This document shows, in pieces, positions 1-9,555 of a DNA stretch of 56,571 bases; the stretch's first letter is position 1, and every line of letters begins with the position of its first letter. This stretch comes from a virus (Duplodnaviria > Caudoviricetes). A program made the position numbers and the translations under genes. Location: IMG/VR virus record IMGVR_UViG_3300042197_000691, positions 1 to 56,571 of that record; one strand, 5' to 3'. The notes beneath the pieces are model-generated. The model ran no database searches, was not told the DNA's origin, and saw only the letters and a program-made list of their open reading frames with translations.

Positions 1-1
1 T

Positions 2-427
2 GATTTAAAAGAAGCAATACAAACTATTGTTTGGAATTATGGTAAAGAAGTAACTAATTGGTTTCAGACTGACGGATTTTCTGGATCATATCAACTAGCA
101 TATGCTAGTGATCGTAGTTGGATACACACCGATCATTTCAATAAGTGGGCAGCAGTTTTATACTTAACACCTGATGCTCCATTAACTGGTGGAACATCAT
201 TGTATATGTACAAAGAAAATGGCGCCACTACTTCCACTGAAATGGGTGATCGTTCTTATGATGCGTCGGATGTTACCAAGTGGTATAAGTATGATGTAGT
301 CGCCAACCGATACAATAGATTGGTAATGTATCGTGGAGATTTATTTCATATGAGTAATGATTACTTTGGCAGCACACCGCAAGATGGAAGATTATTTCAA
401 TTGTTCTTTTTTGATACACGAATATAA
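2..427 (+). CDS. 2OG-Fe(II) oxygenase-like protein (DUF6445-like), 5' truncated
   Basis: Frame is open from base 2 (DLKEAIQ...SWIHTDHFNKWAAVLYLTPDAP...YNRLVMYRGDLFH). HxD...H facial triad; paralog of the next gene. Confidence 0.8.
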   Translation, partial: DLKEAIQTIVWNYGKEVTNWFQTDGFSGSYQLAYASDRSWIHTDHFNKWAAVLYLTPDAPLTGGTSLYMYKENGATTSTEMGDRSYDASDVTKWYKYDVVANRYNRLVMYRGDLFHMSNDYFGSTPQDGRLFQLFFFDTRI

Positions 428-975
428 TGAAAACTAATGTAATTATCACTGATAATTTTTACAGTAATCCCGATGGAGTTCGTAGTTTTATACTTCAGCA
501 AGAATTTAAACAATACAAATATCCTGGTCTAAGAACAAAAAGTTTTCTTACGGCTGATACAAAAGAAACAATTCAAAAGTTATTATTAAACGCTGGTGGA
601 TTAGTTACTAATTGGAATCAAGAAGACGGTTTAACTGGATCATTTGAATTAGCCACAGCCCTTGATCGTAGTTGGATACATACTGATCATTTTAATACTT
701 GGGCAGGTGTACTATATTTAACACCTGATGCGCCTTTAGACAGCGGTACTGGAATATATCAGTATAAGAAAACTGGAGCAACTATTGCTAGCCAATTAGA
801 TTCATATGAAGCACTAGATATGACCAAGTGGGAACTATGTGATGTAATCGCAAACAGATATAATAGACTGGTATTATATAGAAGTGAAATGTTTCATACA
901 AGTATAAACTATTTTGGATCTGATCTTCAAACAGGCAGACTATTTCAATTATTCTTTATAACAACACAATTTTAA
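427..975 (+). CDS. 2OG-Fe(II) oxygenase-like protein (DUF6445-like)
   Basis: IITDNFYSNPD N-terminus, WIHTD, VLYLTP, NRLVLYRSEMFH, GRLFQLFF motifs. Confidence 0.8.
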   Translation: MKTNVIITDNFYSNPDGVRSFILQQEFKQYKYPGLRTKSFLTADTKETIQKLLLNAGGLVTNWNQEDGLTGSFELATALDRSWIHTDHFNTWAGVLYLTPDAPLDSGTGIYQYKKTGATIASQLDSYEALDMTKWELCDVIANRYNRLVLYRSEMFHTSINYFGSDLQTGRLFQLFFITTQF

Positions 976-978
976 ATC

Positions 979-1509
979 ATGATAAACAGAGTATCAAATT
1001 TCTTGGAAGACGAAGTTCTTAATTCTCTGCGACAGAAATTTGAACAAAGTAGAGGTACGCCATCGTTTGAAGTCAATAATATGGGAAGATGGGGTGCTGG
1101 CTTAGAAAGTGGATCTTTTGGGCCAGTATTAATATTGCCATTGAATGAGTATAAAGAATATTTTTTAGAAAAATACAAATCTGTTCATCCGGATTTTGCT
1201 GAATATAAAAATTTAACATGTTTTATGCACATTTGGTTACCTGGATCTCAGATAAATTTTCATCATGATGATTCTGGAGACAGCGGCAATCCACGCTTAA
1301 GTAGTACGATTTATATTAACGAACGTTGGAACTGGAATTGGGGTGGATTATTTTTATATGACGATCCAGATACTGGTCAAGGTTGGGTATACCCACACTC
1401 TAACAGTATGGTTTGGTTTAGGCCGCCAATATATCACGCAACATCAATGATAACTATGAATGCTGAATTTCCTAGATTAAGTATTCAGTTGTTTTTCAAC
1501 AAGTATTGA
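979..1509 (+). CDS. prolyl 4-hydroxylase-like 2OG-Fe(II) oxygenase
   Basis: FHHD, IYINERWNWNWGG, IYHAT, PRLSIQ motifs of the P4H-like fold. Confidence 0.8.
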   Translation: MINRVSNFLEDEVLNSLRQKFEQSRGTPSFEVNNMGRWGAGLESGSFGPVLILPLNEYKEYFLEKYKSVHPDFAEYKNLTCFMHIWLPGSQINFHHDDSGDSGNPRLSSTIYINERWNWNWGGLFLYDDPDTGQGWVYPHSNSMVWFRPPIYHATSMITMNAEFPRLSIQLFFNKY

Positions 1510-1935
1510 ATTCGTAGTCAATGTTTTTAATTTAGATAAAATCACTGAAGAACCGAGTGTTTTTTCAACGCCTGGATGAAGTGGTCTAGGCAATCCATCA
1601 AGTGAAACCCAACAATAACCTTTGTGTTCAGCATTCAAAACTGGAATAAATTCCTCATCCACATTGATTAAGAATGTATGATACACAAATACACCACTTT
1701 CGCTGGTATATTGTTCTATAGGAATTATCTTAGCATCTTTTACTACGCCACCTAATTCCTCACTGATCTCACGCACTAGACCATGCTCAATAGATTCGTT
1801 GTGTTCTATTTTGCCACCAACTAATCCCCATGTGCTAGGAAATTTTCCAGTGTTTCTGTTCAAAAACAAATATCGTTTAGTTGATGTGGCATGTATCAGT
1901 GCGCCACATCCTTGTTTTAAATTATTAGCTGCCAT
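1477..1935 (-). CDS. Nudix hydrolase
   Basis: Nudix box GGKIEHNESIEHGLVREISEELG. Confidence 0.9.
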   Translation of the reverse strand: MAANNLKQGCGALIHATSTKRYLFLNRNTGKFPSTWGLVGGKIEHNESIEHGLVREISEELGGVVKDAKIIPIEQYTSESGVFVYHTFLINVDEEFIPVLNAEHKGYCWVSLDGLPRPLHPGVEKTLGSSVILSKLKTLTTNSILVEKQLNT

Positions 1936-3533
1936 TTTCCTGCTGGGTAATATCCCTCATAACTTTTTGACCATGCACTGCCATTCCAACGATATTGTGT
2001 GCCAGTTGTTAGATTAGTAACATACTGCGAGACAATTTCATTTCTACTATCAAATACTACCGACCAATGTTGACCTGTAAATTCAATGATGTCGTTTTTA
2101 ACCGCTTCAAGTGGCGTATCATCAATGCCAGTCCAATTATAGTAGGGTACTACGTTAGAATCAAGAACATAATCGTTTGCCAACAAGTACCTGGTGCCAA
2201 CTGCTAAGTCTTGTAGTGAGTAATTTGGACGACTAATCATAGGATCAATGATCGCATTTATTGGATCAAGGCTATTTGTAGGCAGTGAATCAACATCTGG
2301 TGACCATAATAGTGTTGTATCATCAATTGGATTATATGCTACTGTGCCTACTATAATTGTATCATCTGGTAGTTCAAGTTTAACTGTGCTAGTGCCATTG
2401 ATCAAATTGCCATAAATGTTCACTATATCACGCCATGGCTCATTGGCACCAGTTTTTGTAGTTACTCCGGTGAATACTATTCTGTCTCCCACATTACCCG
2501 TAACAACATTGCTAGTTGTTACTGTATCGCCACTGACTGATATTACTGTACAGTTCCCTACGGTTTGAATACTGTTTGAAGTTATACTGGTTATGTATAG
2601 ATCACTTACTATCATGCCAGGTTCAACACCATCAGCATCAGTTAAGAATACTGTGGTATTGGCAGAAATATTGCCTGCTAATTCTTTTACAACCTGTGTG
2701 CCAAATTTGTCATCTACGGGTTGATTGTTCTTGACCAATCTCAATTGATTGTCTAACAAAATTACGCCGTACTGTAGTGGAGTTATATACTGTCTACTTA
2801 GTAAATTAGCATCATCATAGATGGATTCATCAATGTTGCCATTCGCATCAAATATGTTAGCAATGATTTTTTGAATCACACCTAACTTACGAACTAGAGC
2901 AGGAGCACTGATGAATATTGGTAATTCAAAGGTTAACGTAGCAACATCTATGTCAATATTTGTGCCAACTGGAACCGTTCTTGAACTCCATGTTGTTTGA
3001 GTTAATAGCACATAGGTAATACTTGTCCAATCAATGTAGTTATCTGTAGATTGAATTTCAAGTGCGGGATTAAACAGTGTACTAATTTGCTCTATGATTT
3101 GTAATTTTTGTTCTGTGTTACTAGTCCAAATATCCAATTTCAGTGTAAGACGATAAGGAACAGGCATTAGTCTTTCAACAGTTAGAACATCACCCTGTGT
3201 AGTAGAGTAATCGCCAGTAAGTGGATCGTAGTATCGTTCACGCACATTTAATTTACCAACATAAGTTGGATTTTGAACACGTTCACGATCATATGCTAAA
3301 TCGCTAATATATACAGCCATTGCTGGTGTACTGTTCATTGTGCTTTCACTATTTTGTTGAATAATACTTGCAACCTGTCTACTGCTGTCGCCATATATAA
3401 CAGGCACTCGTTGTAAGGCAGTTACACCATTTCTATCTTTGCCAAATTGAACTTGAAAATTACTGATCATTCGTATGAACTGAACGATATAACGTCTTAT
3501 TTGATTATCGTAGAAAAACTGTTGAAGTTGCAT
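1917..3533 (-). CDS. gp15: tail completion / sheath stabilizer (T4 gp15-like) with C-terminal extension
   Basis: N-terminus FFYDNQIRRYIVQF...RVPVIYG and PVPYRLTLKLDIWT...QIIEQISTLFNP resemble gp15; adjacent to a neck gene. Confidence 0.7.
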   Translation of the reverse strand: MQLQQFFYDNQIRRYIVQFIRMISNFQVQFGKDRNGVTALQRVPVIYGDSSRQVASIIQQNSESTMNSTPAMAVYISDLAYDRERVQNPTYVGKLNVRERYYDPLTGDYSTTQGDVLTVERLMPVPYRLTLKLDIWTSNTEQKLQIIEQISTLFNPALEIQSTDNYIDWTSITYVLLTQTTWSSRTVPVGTNIDIDVATLTFELPIFISAPALVRKLGVIQKIIANIFDANGNIDESIYDDANLLSRQYITPLQYGVILLDNQLRLVKNNQPVDDKFGTQVVKELAGNISANTTVFLTDADGVEPGMIVSDLYITSITSNSIQTVGNCTVISVSGDTVTTSNVVTGNVGDRIVFTGVTTKTGANEPWRDIVNIYGNLINGTSTVKLELPDDTIIVGTVAYNPIDDTTLLWSPDVDSLPTNSLDPINAIIDPMISRPNYSLQDLAVGTRYLLANDYVLDSNVVPYYNWTGIDDTPLEAVKNDIIEFTGQHWSVVFDSRNEIVSQYVTNLTTGTQYRWNGSAWSKSYEGYYPAGKWQLII

Positions 3534-3535
3534 GA

Positions 3536-4918
3536 TTAATTGTCCGCTTTAGGTGTCAATGCCTTACTAAGGCTTTGTCTAGATGGTAGCGTTTGTCCAC
3601 TATCATCAACATATGTGTCTGTATTATTCACAAATAGGCTACGTTGTGTTCTGTTATTTGGTCCTGGAGTTAGATCAGTACGTACACTGTCTTCAATCTT
3701 TGCCCAACGTGAGCCGTCATATCTAAACAGTCTGTTTGGCACATAGTCTGTTCGCAAGAAATAATTGCCTATTTGTGGATTCGTAGGGAATGTTGTGCCA
3801 GCACTGACTGGCCAACCGTTAGGTGGTGTGCCATCACCACCCAGATATGCTGGTATATTAGTGTCTGGTGTTGTTGGTGCTACTGCTGCGAAGTTTCTGG
3901 TTGAGTTTACACGCAGATTTCTAGTGTTGACTTGTACGCCAGTAGGATCGCCAGGAGAACCATCTGGATTCAATGGCAATACATATAGTTCATCTACGTT
4001 TGTGCCACTCTTTGGTACATCAATTTCTGCCTGTTCAATAACGGCATCATTTATTTCTAATAGTTTATCTAACGTGCTCAAGTAATTACTAAATGGTGTA
4101 CTATTACCATTTACCTGTTGATTTGAAATTTGATCTAGGATGTCTTTATATTCTTGACTATCTACTAGAGGATTTAATTTAACTCTAGACAGATGCGGCC
4201 ACCATGTTTGACTAAAACCCTCAGCAGCAAATGTTACTTCTTCTACCACATAATATCTTTTTAATATGTTTGGAATATCATTATCTATTGGGTAAAAATC
4301 TTTTTTATGTTGGAGTTCTACCACGTCACCACTCATTATTTTTCTACCCAAATACTTTACAGTATCAGTTAGGTGAAAAGTCATATATAGTGTATCAGCA
4401 CTCATGAATATACCAAATTGAGATAAGTTAAAATCGTTATCACTTACTGTATATATACCACGTAGAGTATAAACACTAGTATCGTATTTTCTATCCCGAT
4501 TTTCTAAAAATAATAAATCTTGAATATTTGTAGCAGTTTGATTTAGATAATTTGGCTTTGTGGCATCATTCCAGTATATATTAACGGATTGGCCTGATGA
4601 TATAGTATCTGTGATGTTTGAAGTTAATGTTATAGTATTTGTGGTAGTATTTGTAGTGAATATTACAGTGTTAGCGGCAATACCAATGCCACTTACTGTT
4701 TGCCCAACTTCTAGTGTAGAGATATTGCCAAAAGTTAGTGTATTACCACTACTAACTGTAGTAGTTGTTATATAAGTATTAGATTGAGTCAATGGACCTA
4801 AATATTTGTGTAGCAATACACCAGTGCCGCCAAGAGTAAATTGTTCTGATATTAATTTATCAAAATATTTGTAGTCCAGAGAATGTCGACCATCTTTCCA
4901 AAGACTTAAACGTGGCAT
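3536..4918 (-). CDS. gp14: neck protein (T4 gp14-like)
   Basis: LSQFGIFMSADTLYMTFH...GDVVEL...YVVEEV pattern; synteny with the gp15-like gene. Confidence 0.65.
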   Translation of the reverse strand: MPRLSLWKDGRHSLDYKYFDKLISEQFTLGGTGVLLHKYLGPLTQSNTYITTTTVSSGNTLTFGNISTLEVGQTVSGIGIAANTVIFTTNTTTNTITLTSNITDTISSGQSVNIYWNDATKPNYLNQTATNIQDLLFLENRDRKYDTSVYTLRGIYTVSDNDFNLSQFGIFMSADTLYMTFHLTDTVKYLGRKIMSGDVVELQHKKDFYPIDNDIPNILKRYYVVEEVTFAAEGFSQTWWPHLSRVKLNPLVDSQEYKDILDQISNQQVNGNSTPFSNYLSTLDKLLEINDAVIEQAEIDVPKSGTNVDELYVLPLNPDGSPGDPTGVQVNTRNLRVNSTRNFAAVAPTTPDTNIPAYLGGDGTPPNGWPVSAGTTFPTNPQIGNYFLRTDYVPNRLFRYDGSRWAKIEDSVRTDLTPGPNNRTQRSLFVNNTDTYVDDSGQTLPSRQSLSKALTPKADN

Positions 4919-4923
4919 AATAA

Positions 4924-5592
4924 TTATTCCTTAGATTTATTATTTATCGCTAATAATACGTTACAATTATCTCCATGCCATCTAATTAAATTTGTTTTGC
5001 CTTTTCCTTGTTTGCCACAATTAGGACAAATGTAAATAAACATATCGGCTTTTTTCTTAGCACTAAATTTAGCACGTTCTTCTATGGTCCATCTTTGATT
5101 AGAAGAGTATTTCATTTTTTCTCGGGTTTCATTGGAAATAGGTTTATATTCTTTATTAAAGTTTTTTCCTGTACGAAATTCAGACATTTTTTTGCGTTGT
5201 TCTTCGGACCATTTTTTACCGTAATTGTAATTTTTTTCTCCCGTCAATGTCCCCTTCATGGCAATACTTCTTAATTGAGCACATTCTATTTTAATTTTCT
5301 CAAATGCGCGGGAGTTAATATATCTATTCTCAGATAATAAATTTCCCATAGCGTGTAATGCGTAACACATTTTTTTTCTATATTCACCATCGACCATTTT
5401 AGTTAAAAGCCAATGACAAACAAAATGTTCTCTAGCAGTCAATTTTACTAAATTTATTTTATTATTAGAACCGCCTAGACTTTTTGGTATAATGTGATGT
5501 TTTTCGAAATATTCTGCTACCAATATTCTATTTTGTGCTCGATTTATTATTTGATAATACCAATTAGTATATTTATTTTTGATAAATATCAT
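4924..5592 (-). CDS. free-standing HNH homing endonuclease (MobE-like) with NUMOD3 repeats
   Basis: EKHHIIPKSLGGSN...NLVKLTAREHFVCHWLL; NYNYGKKWSEEQRKKMSE. Confidence 0.88.
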   Translation of the reverse strand: MIFIKNKYTNWYYQIINRAQNRILVAEYFEKHHIIPKSLGGSNNKINLVKLTAREHFVCHWLLTKMVDGEYRKKMCYALHAMGNLLSENRYINSRAFEKIKIECAQLRSIAMKGTLTGEKNYNYGKKWSEEQRKKMSEFRTGKNFNKEYKPISNETREKMKYSSNQRWTIEERAKFSAKKKADMFIYICPNCGKQGKGKTNLIRWHGDNCNVLLAINNKSKE

Positions 5593-5654
5593 TGCTGATG
5601 CTCCCTTTAAGCGTTAGAGTAGTTGGGATTGACCAGATCCGCGAACTACATCTT

Positions 5655-5660
5655 TATTTA
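5655..5660 (-). promoter_or_regulatory. T4-type late promoter (TAAATA) for the HNH/neck operon
   Basis: GATAAATA on the minus strand, about 60 nt upstream of the HNH start. Confidence 0.5.
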
Positions 5661-5726
5661 TCAAACTTAGTAGATAAGCGTGGCACTTTGTAAGTCCTTG
5701 AATGTGTTGTATTTATGCTAAACCTG

Positions 5727-5755
5727 TTGACAGGAATGTTAGGCTCTGATAAGAT
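5727..5755 (+). promoter_or_regulatory. sigma70-type early promoter
   Basis: TTGACA-N17-TAAGAT with a TG extension, upstream of a GGAG RBS and the 5787 ATG. Confidence 0.65.
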
Positions 5756-5786
5756 ATGTTTTTGTTCGTAAAACGGAGTAGTTCTC

Positions 5787-6962
5787 ATGGCAGTTGTCGC
5801 TGGAATCAAGATCAAAGCCAAGCCGTCTAAGGCTCGTAGTGTTGCTTTTTTTGATGAAAAGTATACGGGTTCTGAGCCGCTGTGGCCCGCTGATGCTGCT
5901 GAATGGCCTCAAGAAAAGTTTGACAGCCAACTGCGTCGTTCTTTTTATTACTACAATTATTACTACACCGTTAAGTCGGCTCGTAAACACCTGAATGAAT
6001 GGGTCAGGAAGTCTGGCCTCTTTACCAAGGAAGAAGCCCGATCGTTTGACCGTATTTCTGATAAGTTTGTACCCATGACGGCGGTCAGTCTGACTATGGC
6101 ACACGGCGTTGGTATGCCCTTTAAGGACCGTCATATTGAATTTTTGAGTACTACCGTTAAGAATTTGCTTGCTATGCATCGTGACGACGTGGATGAGCAA
6201 GAATCTGCCGAAGATGTTGCTCAAACACCTGTGATCAAGGTATCTATTCAAGATCGTCTGGCCGAAAAAACTGCTGAAAACATTGGCGAAATTGAAGGGC
6301 AGTTTGATAACATCATCAAGGGTGTCAAGAGTGAATTTAAACCTCATGATTTCTTGGTGGCTCGTAATGTTCCTCAAGCACAATTGGCTAAGTACGAGAG
6401 AGTATTTCAGTCTCGTAAAGAAGAAATTCTGTTGGCACAATCTAAGCAGGACGCTCAACTGGTAGAAGCCTATAAGCATTACAAGGCAGCCGACTTTAAG
6501 CGAGTTATCTCCTGGATTGATCTTTTGTTGGCTGCGATTGAACAATATCGTGGTGTCAAGAAGGCAACCAAAAAGGCGCGAGTAAAGAAGGCTCCTACCA
6601 AGCAAAAATTGATTGCCAAGTTGAAGTATGCCAGCGAAAACAAGGAATTGAAGGTAGTCAGTATCAATCCGATGGACATCATTGGTAGTACGGAATTGTG
6701 GGTTTACAATGCCAAAACTCGCAAAATCGGTAAGTATGTTGCTGCCGAATTCAAGACCTTGAGCATCAAGGGTAGTTCAATTGAAAACTACGATGAAGTC
6801 AAGAGTGTGTGTAAGACCCTTCGTAAGCCTGATGAAAAACTCAAGGAATTTGCTAAGGCTGGTAAGATTCAACTGAGGAAGTTTTTGACTGAAATCAAGG
6901 CAGTTGAGAGTAGGATGAATGGCAGGATCAATGCTGATATTCTGCTGCTGAAAGTATCCTAA
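5787..6962 (+). CDS. hypothetical protein (Lys-rich C-terminus)
   Basis: 391-aa ORF with RBS, its own promoter and a downstream hairpin; more GC-rich codons than its neighbours. Confidence 0.8.
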   Translation: MAVVAGIKIKAKPSKARSVAFFDEKYTGSEPLWPADAAEWPQEKFDSQLRRSFYYYNYYYTVKSARKHLNEWVRKSGLFTKEEARSFDRISDKFVPMTAVSLTMAHGVGMPFKDRHIEFLSTTVKNLLAMHRDDVDEQESAEDVAQTPVIKVSIQDRLAEKTAENIGEIEGQFDNIIKGVKSEFKPHDFLVARNVPQAQLAKYERVFQSRKEEILLAQSKQDAQLVEAYKHYKAADFKRVISWIDLLLAAIEQYRGVKKATKKARVKKAPTKQKLIAKLKYASENKELKVVSINPMDIIGSTELWVYNAKTRKIGKYVAAEFKTLSIKGSSIENYDEVKSVCKTLRKPDEKLKEFAKAGKIQLRKFLTEIKAVESRMNGRINADILLLKVS

Positions 6963-6970
6963 TATTTTAG

Positions 6971-7006
6971 ACCCCGATAACATAAATACCGTTATCGGGG
7001 TTATTT
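6971..7006 (+). terminator. intrinsic terminator-like hairpin with a late promoter motif in the loop
   Basis: ACCCCGATAAC-ATAAATACC-GTTATCGGGGT followed by TATTT. Confidence 0.65.
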
Positions 7007-8161
7007 ATGACTGTAACAATACAACCAAACTTACAAAATGATCTATCACTAAGAACACAAAATCTTGGTGGTCCAGGGCCAATTAGTCAATCAAGTGCTA
7101 TTGATGCGGCTGGAAATATTCAAACGCTTAATCAACTACGCAATGAAATGGTTGATTACATGCGTTTACGTCTGGCTGACCAAATAGTTGATATTGAATT
7201 AGATAAAGAGCACTATGATTTAGCAATAAAACAGGCTCTGATAAAGTACAGACAAAAGGCATCTAATGCTGTAGAAGAAAGTTATGCTTTCTTAGATTTA
7301 TTGCCAGAAGTCCAAGAATATATATTGCCTAACTACATCATGGATGTTAGGCAGATATTCAGACGTGGCATAGGTAGTACTACTGGTACTACTGCTAGTC
7401 AGTTTGAGCCATTTGCCAGTGGATACTTGAATACATATATGTTAGTAGCTGGCAGAGTTGGCGGTCTGCTAAACTATGAACTATTCACGCAGTATCAAGA
7501 GTTAGCCATGACCATGTTTGGCGGTTACATGAATTACACTTTTAATCGTGTAACCAAGAAACTTACATTAGTTAGAAAAATGCCTGACTATGGGCATACA
7601 TACTTTTCAATCAACACGTTAACCAGTGCTGGAACTGTAGCAAATTCGGTAATCACAATTAGATTGAATAGTCCTGTTACTCTGGCGGCAAATAATAGTT
7701 TATATATTGAGAATTGCCCTGTTTCTGGATATAGTGGTCAATATACGGTAACATCTGTAGATAGTTCTGGTACTATAATTACAGTAGTGGCCAATCAAAG
7801 TTTAGGTGCTACAAGTGTTACTGGCTTTAATTTAAGTCAAACCAAAATATGGAGTCCAGAAGTAGATGGATTGAATAGCAGCGAAAGTGTATTATTATGG
7901 ATTTATAATCATAAACCAGATAGTATGTTATTGAGTGATCCACAAGTATATCCATGGCTACAAGAATATGCTTTGGCATTCGTTAAGAGTATTCTTGGTC
8001 AAGCTCGTGGTAAATTTGCCAGTATTGCTGGTCCACAGGGTGGCGGCCAATTAAATGGAGCAGCATTATTACAGGAATCACAAGCGGAAATGGAAAAACT
8101 AGAAGAGGAATTGAAGAACTATGTTGATGGCTCGCAGCCTTTAACATGGGTCATTGGATGA
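7007..8161 (+). CDS. gp13: neck protein (T4 gp13-like)
   Basis: YMRLRLADQIVDIELDKEHYDLAIKQAL and WLQEYALAFVKSILGQARGKF...PQGGGQLNG motifs. Confidence 0.8.
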   Translation: MTVTIQPNLQNDLSLRTQNLGGPGPISQSSAIDAAGNIQTLNQLRNEMVDYMRLRLADQIVDIELDKEHYDLAIKQALIKYRQKASNAVEESYAFLDLLPEVQEYILPNYIMDVRQIFRRGIGSTTGTTASQFEPFASGYLNTYMLVAGRVGGLLNYELFTQYQELAMTMFGGYMNYTFNRVTKKLTLVRKMPDYGHTYFSINTLTSAGTVANSVITIRLNSPVTLAANNSLYIENCPVSGYSGQYTVTSVDSSGTIITVVANQSLGATSVTGFNLSQTKIWSPEVDGLNSSESVLLWIYNHKPDSMLLSDPQVYPWLQEYALAFVKSILGQARGKFASIAGPQGGGQLNGAALLQESQAEMEKLEEELKNYVDGSQPLTWVIG

Positions 8162-8763
8162 TGCGTAAAATTATTGGATTTGCTGGATTAATCGGCAGTG
8201 GTAAAAATACTGCTGCTGCCTACCTGATTGAAAAACATGGATATATTGGATTGAGTTTTGCTGGCGCAGTAAAAGATTGTCTATCAGTAATATTTCATTG
8301 GGATAGAGAATTATTAGAGGGTAATACCCAGGAATCTAGGCGTTGGCGTGAAACTGTGGATAGTTATTGGGCAAAAAAATTAGAAATTCCATATTTCACA
8401 CCACGATATGCCATGCAGAACGTAGGGACTGACTTGTTTAGAAACAAGTTTAATGATAATTTTTGGGTTTATAGTTTAGAGAAAAAAATAGATAGTATTG
8501 ATACTAACATTGTTGTTAGCGATTGTAGATTTCCTAATGAAATTGATATGATTCGTTCTTTAGGAGGTAGAGTATACAGAGTAGCACGCGGAGAAGATCC
8601 AGTATGGTTAAGTATTGCCAGGCTATATCCTCAAAAAATGTGTGAGTTATATCCGGGTGTACACGCTAGTGAATATAGTTGGGCAACGGTTGAATTTGAT
8701 TGCGTTATAGACAATAGTAGTACAGTTGACAATTTTATTTCGCAAATAGAAAAGATAGCATAA
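8158..8763 (+). CDS. deoxynucleoside monophosphate kinase (T4 gp1-like)
   Basis: IIGFAGLIGSGKNT P-loop; TPRYAMQNVGTD; VVSDCRFPNE; HASE. Confidence 0.9.
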   Translation: MMRKIIGFAGLIGSGKNTAAAYLIEKHGYIGLSFAGAVKDCLSVIFHWDRELLEGNTQESRRWRETVDSYWAKKLEIPYFTPRYAMQNVGTDLFRNKFNDNFWVYSLEKKIDSIDTNIVVSDCRFPNEIDMIRSLGGRVYRVARGEDPVWLSIARLYPQKMCELYPGVHASEYSWATVEFDCVIDNSSTVDNFISQIEKIA

Positions 8764-8847
8764 TAGTCTAACATTTTGTAGTCAAGCCGCTATAATTTCT
8801 CATAAACGATAAATAAGTTTATCAGTCTTATGAGGAACAAGCAACAG

Positions 8848-9555
8848 ATGTATTATATTGTATATAAAACCATTAATAAAATTAATGGTAAATACTATAT
8901 AGGAAAACACGAAACTGAAACACTGAGTGATGGATACTTAGGTAGTGGCCTTCTGCTTAAAAAAGCCATAAAAAAGTACGGACATGAAAACTTCAGTAGA
9001 GAAATTCTATATGTTTTTGATAACAAAAACGAAATGGAAGCCAAAGAGCGAGAAATTATAACAGAAAGTATGATCAGTGATTCTTCTTGTTATAACATTG
9101 CTATTGGTGGACAAGGCGGCAATTTAGGACCAATGGTTAATAAAAAAATTGGCAAAACAATGTCAAAACTTCTTAAGGGCAAATCAAAAACAAATAAACA
9201 TATACAGGCGATTAAAGATAGCAAAATCGGATATAAACCTTCAAGCGATACGGTAATCAATATGACAGTTAGTTCTCGTAAATATTGGGAAGATTTAAGC
9301 CCTGAAGAAAGACAGAAAAAACAAGCCAGAATAGGTGATAAAAATGGCTTTTTTGGAAAAAAACATTCAGAAGCAACTAAAGAAAAAATTAGATCAACCA
9401 TAGGTAACAGTCGCCAAGGGTGTAATCACCCTCAAGCCAAGACGATAACAATTGACGGCGTAACTTACGCTACAAGAAAAGAATGTATGATCGCATTGGG
9501 ATTGAATAAAAGATCATTTTATAAATTATTAGGAGAAAAAGAATGGCAATCGTGA
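8848..9555 (+). CDS. GIY-YIG homing endonuclease (Seg-like)
   Basis: IVYKTINKINGKYYIGKH...YLGSG; NUMOD3-like FFGKKHSEATKEKI. GAGGA RBS before the 8848 ATG. Confidence 0.88.
   Translation: MYYIVYKTINKINGKYYIGKHETETLSDGYLGSGLLLKKAIKKYGHENFSREILYVFDNKNEMEAKEREIITESMISDSSCYNIAIGGQGGNLGPMVNKKIGKTMSKLLKGKSKTNKHIQAIKDSKIGYKPSSDTVINMTVSSRKYWEDLSPEERQKKQARIGDKNGFFGKKHSEATKEKIRSTIGNSRQGCNHPQAKTITIDGVTYATRKECMIALGLNKRSFYKLLGEKEWQS

Noticed and set aside
5739-6605. 288-aa minus-strand ORF and other antisense ORFs
   Set aside because: Shadows of well-supported genes on the opposite strand.
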